Both the position numbers and the translations under genes were made by a program. 64,000 bases of DNA from Octopus vulgaris (taxonomy: Eukaryota). Below, piece by piece: positions 24,678 to 39,615 of this stretch (position 1 is the stretch's first letter; every line of letters starts with the position of its first letter). The stretch spans positions 52,638,001 to 52,702,000 of the forward strand of contig OX597817.1 in NCBI GenBank assembly GCA_951406725.2, given 5' to 3'. Under the pieces are notes generated by a model. It searched no databases and had not been told where the DNA came from. It was given only the letters and a program-made list of their open reading frames with translations.

Positions 24678-24708
<31 letters not shown>

Positions 24709-24715
24709 CATACAT

Positions 24716-24798
<83 letters not shown>

Positions 24799-24930
24799 TA
24801 AGAGAATGGTCACTAATATTATAATATATTATAAAATATTATAATAATCCAGGTTTCTCGAGGCACTGGGCCACTTGGTGTTGAATAGATATACTATTAA
24901 ATTAGTATCTAATTCTCTCACCCTTATTAA

Positions 24931-24981
<51 letters not shown>

Positions 24982-25018
24982 CATACATACAAATATATAT
25001 ATATATACATACATACAT

Positions 25019-25056
<38 letters not shown>

Positions 25057-25466
25057 CATATATACATATACACATATACACACATATATATATACGTATA
25101 TACATACATACATATATATACATATATATATACGTATATACATACATACATATATATACATATATACGTATATACATACATACATACATACATATACACG
25201 TGTATACTTACATATACATATATACATATATACGTATATACATACATACATATATATACATATACATACATATATATATATACATATATACATACATACA
25301 TATATATATACACATATATACGTATATACATACATACATATATATATATATATACACATACATATATACATACATATACACATACATATATACATACATA
25401 CATATATATCTATATATACATACATATATACATATATATATACATACATACATATATATCTATATA

Positions 25467-25497
<31 letters not shown>

Positions 25498-25617
25498 CAT
25501 ATATATATATATATATATACATTCATATATACATACATATTATATATATATATATATATACATTCATATATACATACATATAATATATATATATATATAT
25601 ATACATTCATATATACA

Positions 25618-25661
<44 letters not shown>

Positions 25662-25695
25662 TCATATATACATACATAATATATATATATATATA
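24530..25695. repeat. Complex (TA)n/(TACA)n satellite
   Basis: Tandem TA-rich units, source of many spurious YI-repeat ORFs. Confidence 0.95.
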
Positions 25696-25897
25696 TACCG
25701 GAGTAAGCACATAAATGTAAAACGAGGTGGAAAAAAAGAGTACTCGAATACCAGATGTAGAGTAATATACTTTATTTAAAAGCACCAGAAATATCACAAA
25801 AACAGTTACTCAGAATTTCATGTTACCGTTCGTCCAATGAATGGGAATGTGAAACTGAGTAACAGTTTTTGTGATATTTCTACTGCTTTTAAATAAA

Positions 25898-25900
<3 letters not shown>
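25696..25900. mobile_element. Fold-back copy of hammerhead family 5
   Basis: Head-to-head arms meet in TTCGTCCAATGAA; decayed GAAACTGAGTAACAG. Confidence 0.75.
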
Positions 25901-25939
<39 letters not shown>

Positions 25940-26424
25940 ATACACACACATATCTTCATTGCAATCTTGGTCAAACGTTCTTCTCAGAGTACCCTCTACC
26001 CACACCACAGTTCACGTTTTTCCGGTGTCTTTATTGATGTTTGTATCATTCAAGAGTTGACTAATGAATGTTTATTTGTAATTCATTGATGCCAATATAA
26101 GTTTTGTTTAACCCTAAGAATTTTGGTGGTTGCACCACCCACGTTCTTCTCAAGTGCTGGTGCACTTGATCCATGCACTGACTCAACACATTTTCTGAAC
26201 TATGATATTTTGATTTTCCTGGGAACGCTAATCTTCCATGTCTTTTACATTTTGTTCATTCATATATATATATGTGTGTGCATATACACACACATATTAT
26301 ATACGTGTGTGTATATATATATATGACTTGCCAATTATGATTTTTTGGTACACATTGCATTGTTCTGTCTAAATTGTATTATATAATATTATATCATATT
26401 ATATAATATCATGTTATATAATAT

Positions 26425-26493
<69 letters not shown>

Positions 26494-26495
26494 TG

Positions 26496-26531
<36 letters not shown>

Positions 26532-26541
26532 AGTATGTATA

Positions 26542-26604
<63 letters not shown>

Positions 26605-26609
26605 GTATG

Positions 26610-26652
<43 letters not shown>

Positions 26653-26752
26653 ATACATATATCTTCAGGTGTTGCTACACATTGCTGGTCACAATGCGTT
26701 CGCATTGTCTTAGCCTTCGAATGACACCACCCTGCTGGCTAAGCGAGCAGGT

Positions 26753-26795
<43 letters not shown>

Positions 26796-27026
26796 AGAAA
26801 AAAGCAACTAGAATGGATTAGTTTTTCAGTACAATTGTTTCATACGAAGAACAGCTTTATTAAAAGCTGCAAATATTGCAGCAAATACAAGTGTCCCGTA
26901 CTCATCAGCCAAAACACATATGAGTTCTCCAAACATCCTTGTGAAACGAGGTGGAAAAAAAAAATACTCAAATACCAGAGATAGAGTAACATGCTTTATT
27001 TAAAAGCAGCAGAAATATAACAAAAG

Positions 27027-27064
27027 CTGTTACTCAGAGTTTCACATTCCCGTTCGTCGGACAG
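27027..27064 (-). ncRNA. Variant hammerhead (family 5, CCGACGA core)
   Basis: CTGT-CCGACGA-ACGggaaTGT-GAAACTCTGAGTA-ACAG; inverted partner at 27079-27116 (+). Confidence 0.65.
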
Positions 27065-27324
27065 TTTTGTTAACAAATCTGTCCAATGAACAGTAACGTG
27101 AAACTCTGAGTAACAGCTTTTGTTATATTTCTGCAGCTTTAAATAAAGTATATATATATATAAATTAGAGATAAAACCACTATTATGCAACTGAATTTAT
27201 AGTTTATATATTTATACTGTGAAATTTGATTTAATACTTAAATGAATTTTTGCCTGTAAGTTTGGAGTTATACTCCCTAATATTATACGCACACACACAC
27301 AGATAGAAAGATAAATATATATAG

Positions 27325-27357
<33 letters not shown>

Positions 27358-27597
27358 AGTCTATCTATCTATCTGTCTGTCTGTCTGTTTTTCTGTCTAA
27401 ATGTATATATGAGCGAACAACCTTGGAGTGAACAAAATAAAGATCGTTGTATTAGAAACTTCATTGCAACCATCAAAAGAAGAAGAAGATTAAGGAAGGT
27501 TAAAGAAGATATGGGAATAGGTAGCAAAAGGCCAATCTCAGCAGGTCTAACTTCTGAGAGATGGAAATGAGGAAATGATATGGTGTTTTGGTACACA

Positions 27598-27639
<42 letters not shown>

Positions 27640-27884
27640 TAGATACATACGTATGTATGTATGTATGTATGTATGTATGTATGTATCTATCTATCTATCT
27701 ATCTATCTAGGCATGTATGTGTATATGTATGTAGGTATGTCAAAGTCATCATCCTCATCATTTAATGTCTGTCTTCAAAGCTGGCATGCATTGTACAGTA
27801 TGCAAATATCGGTGTGTCTGTGAGTGTGTACGTACATGTATGTGTGTGTATATGTGTGTGTGCATGTACATATATCATACACAT

Positions 27885-27919
<35 letters not shown>

Positions 27920-28432
27920 ATATATGTATATATGTGTGTGTGTGTGTGCGTGTATATATATATGTATATATATATACATGTATATATATACATATATTTA
28001 TGTATATATATATATATACATATATTTATACATATATATATATATATTTATACATATATATATATACATATATTTATGCATATATATATATATATACATA
28101 TATTTATGTATATATATATATGTGACAGGCTTCTTCCAGTTTCTGTCTACCAAATCCTCTCACAAGGCTTTAGTTGGCCCAAGTTTATAGTAGAAGGCAC
28201 TGGCCCAAGTTGCTACACAGTGGGACTGAACCCAGAAGCATGTGGTTAGTAAGCAAGCTAATTAACACACAGACACTCATGCTGGAGCACCACCTTTAGT
28301 CAAATAAATCGACCCCAGGACTTATTCTATGTAAGCCTAGTACTTATTCTATCAGGCTCGTTTTGCTGAACTGCTAGATAACGGGCATGTAAACAGACAC
28401 ACAAACATATACACACACATGCATATTCATAT

Positions 28433-28499
<67 letters not shown>

Positions 28500-28555
28500 C
28501 AAAAAGCTTCTTTCAGTTTCTGTCCACCAAATCCATTTACAAGGCTTTGGTTGGC

Positions 28556-28604
<49 letters not shown>

Positions 28605-28848
28605 TACTATGAGGATATATAAACCTCTTATAGGGGTGGTTCCATCCAGTTTATACTGGTTTAATATATTATATCGTGAAGATATATTTCTTCAATAAAT
28701 ATGTTATAAATATCAAATATTATTAAGTAAGAAAATGGGGAGATTCAATGGATATAAATTAATCTATTAATTAATTTATATCAAATAAATCTCTCCATTT
28801 TCTTACTTAATAACAGACACACATACGCACATATATACATATATAAAA

Positions 28849-28891
<43 letters not shown>

Positions 28892-28964
28892 TGCACACAC
28901 ATACATATATATATAAAATCACCATCAGATGTTAAACAGTGATAATCTTACATATTATTCCTTC

Positions 28965-30060
28965 CTTAAGCAAGCTGAAGGAGGGAATAATATGCCCAAT
29001 CCATAAATGGGGAAGCAGGGCAGATACCAAAAACTATAGTCCTATCTCTCTGACTTCACACATCAGGAAAGTCATGGAACAGATAATCAGAGGGAAACTA
29101 ATTGCATTCCTCGAAGAAAATAACTTGCTGAGTGATACCCAGCATGGCTTTCGACGAGGTAGAAGCTGCCTGACCCACCCAGCTCTTACAAGATTATTAC
29201 TGGACATTGAGGAAGTTACACAAAAACTCAAATGTGGACGTAATATATCTTGATTGTGCAAAAGCTTTTGATAAAGTGGATCATGGTATGATATGCCACA
29301 AGCTGTGTGATCTTGGCATAGCTGGAAAACTTGGAGACTGGTTACATGACTTCCTGAAAGATAGGAGTCAGGCAGTAGTGGCTAATGGAGCCACCTCTAT
29401 GAAAACACAAATAGTGAGCGGTGTTTTACAGGGCACTGTCTTGGGACCACTGCTTTTTATAGTGGCCCTCTCAGATATGCCTGTAAGTGCCCGAATAACC
29501 ACCCTTGCCAGCTATGCAGACGATACAAAAGTCTTGCAGAAAATACAGAACCCCAGCGATGTTGCACATTTGCAGCAGGAGTTAAACTCAATTTACAGAT
29601 GGGCCGAGAATAATAATATGCAGTTTAATGCTGCAAAATTCCAAGTCCTGCACTACCAGCATTCAAAACTGCATATGAAACTTACAGGGTACACTTGTCC
29701 ACAGGGGATTACAATCCCAGAGCCTAAATCAGTGAGGGAACTGGGTATTGACATGAGTGATGATACCTCTTTCCAAGTGCACATTACAAGGATGGCGACA
29801 AAGTGCAGACAACAGGCTGGATGGATCCTGAGAACATTCAGAACCAGAGAAAAGGAAACCATGATGTAGGTATTTTCAAATCAAAACTGGACCTCTTCCT
29901 GTCGAGAGTCCCAAATGAACCTACCTCACAGCAAGAGGTGCAAATAAGGGTAGCTACATCAAACTCCATTCTTCACCAAGTTCCACATATTAGAGGAGGC
30001 TCTCACTAATAACAATATAGAAAACAGTGGTGCCACAGCTCTTAAAACTACAAAAAAAAA
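28965..30060 (+). mobile_element. CR1/L2-group LINE RT fragment with 3' end
   Basis: VDVIYLDCAKAFDKVDHG, SGVLQGTVLGPLLF, YADDTK. Confidence 0.93.
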
Positions 30061-30085
30061 AATGTGTGTGTGTGTGTATATTTGT

Positions 30086-30181
<96 letters not shown>

Positions 30182-30379
30182 CAACCCATGCTAGCATGGA
30201 AAGCGGACGTTAAAAGATGATGATGATATATTCATAATTATACATTTATATATATATATATAGTCCTGTAGAAGCTCCTTCTATAAAATAAATTAATTTA
30301 CTCTGCTATGTATTGACTACCTTATTTACTGTGGTTAACCCCGACTCAACCCGGGACCTACATATATATATATATATAT

Positions 30380-30420
<41 letters not shown>

Positions 30421-30436
30421 CATACATACATATATA

Positions 30437-30485
<49 letters not shown>

Positions 30486-31130
30486 TTAGGAAGGGCATCC
30501 AGCTGTAGAAACACTGCCAGATCTGACTGGCCTGGTGCAGCCTTCGGGCTTGCCAGACCCCAGTTGAACCGTCCAACCCATGCTAGCATGGAAAGCGGAC
30601 GTTAAACGATGATGATGATGATGATGATGTATGTATGTATTTTTGTATGTATGTATATACATACTTTGATAGGTTTTGGCCAGTATTGGCTCAAGCCATG
30701 TCTAACTTAATAGCACCACCTAGCAAAGTCATTCAAATTATTATAAAAGTACATATATAAAAAAAACAACTTTAACACATCAAACGGTGAAAGTAACAGT
30801 AAGATGGACGCTGGCTTTTGGATATTGGACATTGAGAGAAATAGACACCATTGAAGTAGAAAAATGACAAATGGACACATGAATAAATCTACAGGCAGAC
30901 ATGTGGACACGTGTAGTGGTGGGCATGTGGACTGGCAAGTGGACAGGTGTAGTATATGAAGTAGAAGGTAATGGAATAAAAACAAAGTGAGTAAAAAAAA
31001 AAGCACATGTAAGAGATAATCAATAAATACATACAAGCGTGTGTGACATGTTTAATCCTGGGGCGTTAGACATGGCTGATAGTTTACAACAATCTGATGA
31101 TCAGGAAGGTGTAAGGTGTATATGAGATGA

Positions 31131-31174
<44 letters not shown>

Positions 31175-33178
31175 CCCCGTTATTTGGCAGGGTGTATATG
31201 AGGAAAGTAATTAATACCAAGCTGTGGTGAGTTATATGATGTGACTATATGACCTCCGTTTCCAATACTTGTCTCTGTTACTTGTGTGTATGTGTGTATG
31301 TGAGAGAAAGAGAGAGAGAGTGAGTGATTGAATGAGAGAGAATTAGTGAGAGAGAGAGAGAGAGAGTGAGAGAATGTGTATACAATTATGTGTGAAGGTG
31401 TGAATACTTTCTAATTAATATGCCTGAATGGGTGACTCTGTGCATATCTTTGTATGAATGCTTGTACGTGTGAACTAGTTTGTTGTGTTATCTAAGAATG
31501 CGTGTGTGTTTTTATATATGTACATATATGAATATGTGTACATATGTATATGTATGTATGTGTGAGTACTTATATGTGTATATGTATGTGTTTTTATAAA
31601 TATATGTGTTTATGTATGTATGTATATGTGTGTGTGTGTGTGTGTTTGATCTCATCATCTTTATTGTCAATTGTTAGTGTTGATAAAATATTTATATTAA
31701 GGAATTTCATTTTGATTGATAAGGCAAAGATAAGCAACCTATCACCTTTCTTACCTCTAACTACACCATTGGTTCTCAACTGGGGTTCATATGGCCCTTG
31801 GGGTTCCATATAAGATTTTTGGGGGCCCATGTAACAAAAGAGTAAATTGGGGATCCACAACTGTATTTTAAGGGCCCTTAAAAAAATTTTGCTTTAAATG
31901 TATGTTCTGGTATGTATTGCAAGACCTATGTAAGTTAATGTGTGAAAATCAAATTAAGAACTTTGATAAAACTAGTTTTTAAATATCAAATGACTATGGG
32001 GGTCCACCAGAATAAATAAGCAATCAAAGGGGTTCATAGATAAAAAATCACCAGCACCAACACCAATAACTGTACAAGCACCACTATGAGGGTGGTTCCA
32101 TGTGGTCACTGAACACCAACTAAAAATCTTTCATGAGTCATGAACTATTATTGTCTGCAACAAAATACATATTTTATATTATTATTCATATTTATTAAAA
32201 AATTGTGATATCATGGCCTGAATGCTTTGTCGTAAATCCACTTGGTTGGAGCTGACTTGGAGCCAGACTATGTGGGGTCATCCACTAGGCAATATAGGTT
32301 GCAAATTTTGGTACAAGGCCAGCAATTTCAGGGGAGTGGGTAAGTCAATTACATTGACCCCAGGACTTAACTGGTACTTATTTTACCGACCCTGAAAGAA
32401 TGAAAGGCATAGTTGACCTCAGTAGAACTTGAATTCAGAATGGCAAGACAGGAAAAATGCTGTGAAGCGTTTTTGCCAATGCGCGAATGATTCTGCCAGC
32501 TTGCCACTTTCCCACTGGTCATTATTGACCATACATCTATACATCTATGTGTTGGCCTGGACAAGTGTTTTCAGGAAGACTAGTTGCTATCCCTCTCCAT
32601 GCCATCCATGCCGTTGATGTTAATCCAAGAGAAAGACTGCTGTCTTGGGGCCAATACATCCCGGCACCAGTATTGTCAGAGCATGACATCTTGCCTGACC
32701 CTCTGGATCGAGATTTCTTTATTATTCTCAAAATTATGAAAGACAAACTGGATCTTGGTGGGATCCGGACACAGAGCACAGGGAAGGAACAAATATTGTG
32801 AGTCGTTCTAAGACTCAAATGACTCAGCCCATTCACTGCCAGACTCTTCTACTAGTAGTAGTAGTAGTAGTGGTACTAGTGTCATCAGCATCACCATCAT
32901 AAATACACACGTGCAAACACATATCCAACAATAGCAAGGAAAACAGAACGCCTGCATGCTTACATATAAACATACATACATACACTAGTGTAGCTAGAGT
33001 GTGTGCTGCCCGGGGCAGTCCTTCTGTTTGCTGCCCCCTGGACCCCACAAAAAACATGTTGCCTACAGCAGGCCCAAAAGTGGTGCCTTTTTGAAAGTGC
33101 CACATGAGGTGGACTACCCCTACAGTCCTCCACCTCAGCTACAGCAGTACATAAATACATACATACAGACATACATAC

Positions 33179-33222
<44 letters not shown>

Positions 33223-33363
33223 GGATATGTATATATATAACTAAAATAAGCAGGATATCCTTGTTGCGTATTTTGATTATAATCCCCCCATTTGATTTAT
33301 ATGGATAATACCATACCAAATTCTGGTGCCTTTAACTTAAGTACCATATTCAACTGAATCTAA

Positions 33364-33406
<43 letters not shown>

Positions 33407-33409
33407 CAT

Positions 33410-35372
33410 ATCCAGATGTGGCCACATGTTATGCACGTAACAGCAGAAGTAGGGTTGGGGATCCTCTCTTTTCGGGCTTGTCACCTCTGGTCCAGGCTCT
33501 TGAGACGCTTTTCCTCAAACAGCCTAACACCCTTTTGGACAGATGGATGCCAGGCGCCACAGTCAGAGGCAAGCAATTCCCAGCCACGGGCTGAAATGCT
33601 GCAGGCCTCGAGGGAAGTCTTCAGGTTGTCCTTGTAACTCCTCAGTGGACTTCCAGGGTTTCATGCTCCAGAAGCCAGCTCAAAGAAGAAGATCATCTTT
33701 GGTAGATGCACGTCGTCCATTTGGACTACATGTCCAACCCACCGGAGCTGGGCCTTCATGATGAGGGCTTTGATCCCGGGCATTTCGGCTCAGCGAAGCA
33801 CCTCGGTGTTGGAGACTGTCCTCCTAGGAAATTCCCATGATTCATCGCAAGCAGTGAAGGTGGAACTGGTCAAGTACTTGCATTTGCCTCCTATACAGCG
33901 TCCACATCCCACAGCTGTAGAGTAGAGAGGTGATGATGACTGCCCTATAGACTGCCAGCTTGGTGGAAAGTTTGATGCCTCATTTGGCCCACACATGTGT
34001 CCAAAGTCTGCCAAACGAAGCTCCTGCTTTTGCAAGCCTCATGGAGACATCTTTGTCTATGCTGCAGTTTGAGGACAGGCAGCTTCCCAGGCATGTAAAG
34101 CTCTCCACGTTGTTCTGAGTTTTGCCCTCAATCTCAATCTGAAGCTCAGGAAGTGTCAGGCCAGGTGTAGGCTGAAGCATCACTTCATTTTTTCACAGGC
34201 TAATGGTCAGTCTGAAGGTCTGGTTCATTCAATGCTGCAAGCGCATAATTGTCTGCAAACAGGAAGTCTCTCACTAGGGCGTCCAGGACTTTGGTTTTTG
34301 CCTTCAGACGCCTGAGGTCAAAGAATTGGCTGTCACATCTGTAGCAAATAGTGACACCAACATCAGACTTTGACAGAGTATGGAAGATTATGGTGGCAAA
34401 CATGAGGCTGAAGAGTGTGGGAGCCATCACGCAGCCTTGCTTCATGCCATTGGAGACCGGGAATGGATCAAAGACATCTCCGTTTTTCATGATACGAGCC
34501 ATCATGCCATCATGAAATGACCGGATGATCCTGATGAGCTTTGGTGGACAGCCCAGCTTGGGCAAGATATCTCATAGGCCCTCTCGGCTGACAGTGTCAA
34601 AAGCCTTTGTCAGGTCCACAAAGAGGATGTAGAGGTTCTGGTTTTGTTCTCGGCACTTCTCTTGTATCTCTGAGACCATACCGTCCAGCAGGTGGTATGT
34701 GATGTGGTTCAGAAAAACACAGGCCATGATCTTTCCTGCGATGCTCAGCAATGAGATGCTTCTGTGGTTGTCACATGAAGCTCTGTCCCCCTTGTTCTTG
34801 TACAGATGCACGATGTTGGCATCCTTGAAGTCCTGTAGCACTGACCCTTCATCCCAGAACTGCTGTATCAGCTCAGTCAACTTGATGGCAACAGCTTCAC
34901 CTCTCTCTTTGAAGATCTCTGGGGGTATTCCATCAGGACCAGGTGCTTTCCCCACATGTAGTTGCTTGATGGCCTTCTGGATTTCTGCCAGTGTTGGGGG
35001 GGGGGTCATCAAGCGACACCAGGACTAGGTGCTGTGGCATGTCTTCGATAGCCTGCTGGTCAATCTGGAATGGTATGTTTAGCAGCTGACTGAAGTGTTC
35101 ACTCCAGTGCTGTATGATGTCGCTCTTCTCAGTAAGCAGGGTTCCATTGGCAGAGCGCACAGGTGCCATTGTATTCAGCGTGGGGCCATACATGTCTTTC
35201 AGGCTGGCAAAGAACTTCTTGGAGTTGTACTCGTCTGCATACTGCTGTAGTTCTGCAGCCTTGTTTTCCCACAACTTGTCTTTCATCTGTCGCAGCTCAG
35301 TCTGCACCTTTCCTCTGATGTTCTTGAGGTGGTCATGCTTGGCTTGGGAGTCTTTGTCGTTGAGCCAGGCCA
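33410..35372 (-). mobile_element. RTE (BovB/RTE-1-like) LINE, frameshifted
   Basis: GKAPGPDGIPPEIFK, FVDLTKAFDTVSREGL, GMKQGCVMAPTLFSL, DFLFAD. Confidence 0.93.
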
Positions 35373-35489
35373 CCTACCTACCTACCTGTCTACGTGCCTA
35401 CCTGCCTGTCTCTCTACCTACCTACCTACCTACATGTCTGCCTGTCTGTCTGTCTCTCTACCTACCTACCTACCTACCTCCCTACCAAT

Positions 35490-35745
35490 ACACTAGTTCC
35501 AGCATCCCTGCCACTTTGGGCATCTGGCCTGAAAGTTATCTTCCATAAGCAAATCAAGGACCTACTGCAATTTGCTCCGGATCTTGACAACGGTGTTAAA
35601 ACAGCAATATTTGAGCTGCATTTTCATCTTGGGGTAAGAAATGGAAGTCTGAAGATGCTAAATCTGGAGAATAGGGTGGGTGTGGAAGCGATACCATGTT
35701 GTATTTTGGTGAAAAACTCATGAGGGAGGAGGGCTTGGTGGAAAA
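35490..35745 (-). mobile_element. Mariner transposase 3' fragment (family of 19657-21072)
   Basis: NMVSLPHPPYSPDLASSDFH. Confidence 0.85.
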
Positions 35746-38235
35746 TCTAATTCTTTGTGCTGCACAGATCTGGTTACTTTTGTCAAACGTCCTCCCCCAA
35801 ATGCTTCAAAACATGGCAATAGAACTCTCGACTGACTCTGGGGAACGAATTCTCAATACACAATATCGTAGATGTCAGAACAAAGTGACGAGGATGCTCT
35901 TGACCGAGCTGCAGATATTCTTCTGCTTTTCAAGTGCGAGTGTCACTTGAAACATTCCATACAACCTATTACCTCCTTGCCATAAGCTCGCTGCAGTATG
36001 CTCAATGTAGCAGTCTTCCACGTTGGCTCCTTTATCCTATCCATGACAAAATTGCACACAATGACATACCCATGATTACAAAAACACAAATTTCACTAGC
36101 TGTAAGGTAAACAGTACAGTTACTTGGACGCTCTGCCTCACCAAGGTCACTGCTAGCTCTCACTGTGCATGCACAACTGGGTGCTGCTATCTGTTCTAAT
36201 ACAAATATTTGTTCTGTAATAGAGACACACCCTTGTCACTCTTACTATTAGAAATGCAGTGAACCGTTGACTGGTTCATTTAGGACATGTGACCAACAAT
36301 ACAAATCAAAGGCATAGACAGGTTCTAGAGTTAGCGGGGAACAATCACATAAGAATAAGTGCCATAACGCATACCAAACAACCTTTAACTCATTTCTCTT
36401 ATGTAATGCAAAATATTTCATTAGTTATAATGTATGTAATTGTATTCTATATTCATTAATTTCATGTTTTCGGTAACAATGTCATTATGTATGAAAATTA
36501 CAATTAGTGATATAAGGTAATTAATGAGTTAAAAGAAATTATTGAAATAGCACCAATTTTGAAAAATATGCCAGGTGGGCTTGATTGCCTCTTTTGCTCC
36601 CCTATTAGCTGTGCCACTGATGCTAATTATTCATAAATTACAGTATGAAATAAGAATGAATAATTGATCTTCCATTAGGATAGAGAATGTTTATTAATTA
36701 GCATACCAGTTAATTAATATCAATTACCAGTTCATTGACACAGAGAACATTATAATAGGATTTAAATTGTTTAATTTTGCTTAAAATCACATATGGTGAC
36801 TCATTGTATAAACAGATGCTGAATAAATCGTTTATTAAGTCTTAAACTAACTAAGCTATTTTTAGTAATTGAAATGATTATAAAAAACCTGTTTTAGCAC
36901 AGATTTATTTCGTTTTTTATACGTTGCCTTTTTATTCACTCGGTTTTTGCGCTTTTCTTCTGTTACTCGTTTTTTTTTTTGTTCATTATGATATGTGGTT
37001 TGCATGAATATGTTTGTGTATTTCTTTACATATTAAAATATTTAGTAGTGTTTAAATACATATATTATGACCTTTGAATAAATATTTATCTCTCACCAAA
37101 TGGAGGACTTTTTCTGTTGAATTTTCTATCATGGAACACTACATTATATAGCATCATTGTTGTCGCTTAACATCTGCCTTCTCATGGGTGAGATGGTTTC
37201 ACATGAGCTGGCCAGGCAGAAGCCTGCACCAGAATTCTGTGACTGTATTGGCAGGATTTTTACAGCTGGATGTCCTTCCTATCACCAACCACTTCGTAGA
37301 GTGGACTTAGTGCTTTTTATGTGGCACAAACACAGGTGAGGTCAGCTTTAGCAAGGTTTTTACAATTGGATGCTCTTCCTAACACCAACCACTTTACAGT
37401 GTAGACTGGGCGCTTTTAAGTGGCACCTTCCCTGACAGGGTCACCAAGTACTTGCAAGACAAAAAAATAATAAAACTTTCAAGAGGGGAGAGGGCATTGG
37501 ATGAGGTGATCTGGTGTCAGATGATGAAGGGTTATAGTGAGGCAGAAACAGATGGCTTGATGTAGAGGAAGTACAAGATGAGAGAGAGAGAGAGAGAGAG
37601 AGAATGAAGACAGCAACAGGTGTGCTACTGTAAAGGAAATACATGGTTTCCCAACCTGTGGGAAGTGCAGGAGAAGGAGAGTGGGAGACAGGGGGATAGA
37701 GTAAGTGGCAAAATGCCAGGCATACTCACAAGGGACAGGCATCAGAATATAAATGGGATGGTTGAATAATGGAAGAGGGAGACATAGATGGTGGCAAGTG
37801 CCAGGGCATACACAATTATATAAGTGCATATATATACACATATAAACACACAAGTACACATATACTTATATATATAATTCTTATATTTTTTACTTGCTTC
37901 TGTCACTTGACTGGCTGTACTGGGGCACAGCCTTCAAGAACTTAAGTTGAAAGAATTGACGCCAGTGCTTTTATTCTTTTAAGCCAGGTATTTATTCTGC
38001 CAGTTTTTTTTGCTGAATTTGACTTGCTTAATTTAGTAAGGAATTCAACTTTAGTATCTGCCCTCCACCTGTCATTACCCACACCTTATCCCATGCTTGA
38101 AGCATTGAACAACCAAGAGGTGAGGATTTAAATCCAAGAGATTAAAAAAAAATCAGAAACCAATTTTTACATTGTTAAAACCTAGTGAAATTGTTTCTGA
38201 TTAAAATGAAGATAGAAAAAGATTTTAAATTAATA

Positions 38236-38359
38236 GGCAAAGTGGCTGAGTTCCTTTCAAGCATTGGGCCTCATGGAGGCAAGGTGGTTGAGTTCCTTTC
38301 AAGCGCTGGGCCTCATGGAGGCAAGGTGGCTGAGTTCCTTTCGAGTGTTGGGCCTCACG
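38236..38359 (+). repeat. 42-bp x3 tandem repeat
   Basis: Unit GGCAAGGTGGCTGAGTTCCTTTCRAGCRYTGGGCCTCAYGGA. Confidence 0.9.
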
Positions 38360-39009
38360 CTTGAGAAAAAGACCCATCAAGCCAAGCAAAATTGCAGTCA
38401 CGGCAGATACCAGTGTCACACAAATTGGCACATTAAACACACCCCAGTGTCATGCAAATGGCACCTGTGCCAGTGGCATGTAAAAGCACCCATTACACTC
38501 TCAGAGTGGTTGGCATTAGGAAGAGCATCCATAGAAAACCATGCCAAATCTGACTGGAGTCTGGAGCAACCTTCCAGCATGCCAGCCCAGTCAAACTGTC
38601 CAACTCATGCCAGCATGGACAACAGATGTTAAATGCTGTTGATGATGATGAAAATTGATATTTAAAAGCAGAGTGGTGAGCTGGTAGAATGATAAGCACA
38701 CTGGGTAAAATGCCTTGTGGGATTTTGTCTGTCTTTATGTCATGAGTTCAAATCCCACCAAGGTCAACTTTGCCTTTCATTCTTTCAGGGTTGATAAAAT
38801 AAGTACCAGTTGAACACTGGGGTCAACTAACTCCCTCCCTGAAGTTGCTGGCCTCATGCCAAAATTTGAAACCAATATTTGAAATTAAACACAGAATTTC
38901 AAAATTCTACAAAATACAGACAATCACTGACTTCTTCAGAAATATTCTGTAATTAAAAAAAAAAAACTCACAGAATTCAAATAATTACAAATTTCTCTGA
39001 AACAGATTT

Positions 39010-39270
39010 CATCATCATCATCATCATCATCATCGTTTAATGTTTGTTTTCTATGCTGGCATGGGTTGGATGGTTTGACTGAAGTCTGGAGAGCCAGCAG
39101 CTGCACCAGGCTCCAATCTGATCTGGCAATGTTTCTACAGCTGGATGCCCTTCCTAATGCCAACCACTCTGAGAGTGTAGTGGATGCTTTTTATGTGCCA
39201 CCGGCATGGGGGCCAGTCAGTGGGTACTAGCATCGGTCACATTTGGATGATGCTTTTTACGTGCCACCAG
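39010..39270 (-). mobile_element. RTE tail
   Basis: Antisense core plus (CAT)n; sense copies at 38395-38650 and 42588-42893. Confidence 0.85.
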
Positions 39271-39615
39271 TTGGGGTGGTGGGTGTGTTTTAGAAATTGA
39301 GAAGCAATTTATTTTTTTAAGGTTTAGTTAGAAAGAAGGAGCAGGCCCATGGGATTAATATGGATTATGTCTGTCTGAGTGTATTTGATAAGAAAAATCA
39401 GGTAGAAGGGGCAGTTATTAAGACCCTAACATGACCATCCAGATGAGTATAACTGAGATGATTAATGCTCATTTTAAGTTGTTTTTATTTCATGTCTGAA
39501 GAAAAGATGTGGGTTTGAAGAGAATAATGTGTATATACAAAGAAGGAAAGAGGGAAAGGGAAGAGAGAAAGGAGAGAAAGAAGTACTAAATAACATAATA
39601 AATATATATACTTAC

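Noticed and set aside
36860-36985. Short Lys/Arg-rich minus-strand frame with several CpGs
   Set aside because: Upstream ATG is out of frame and there are no convincing splice sites
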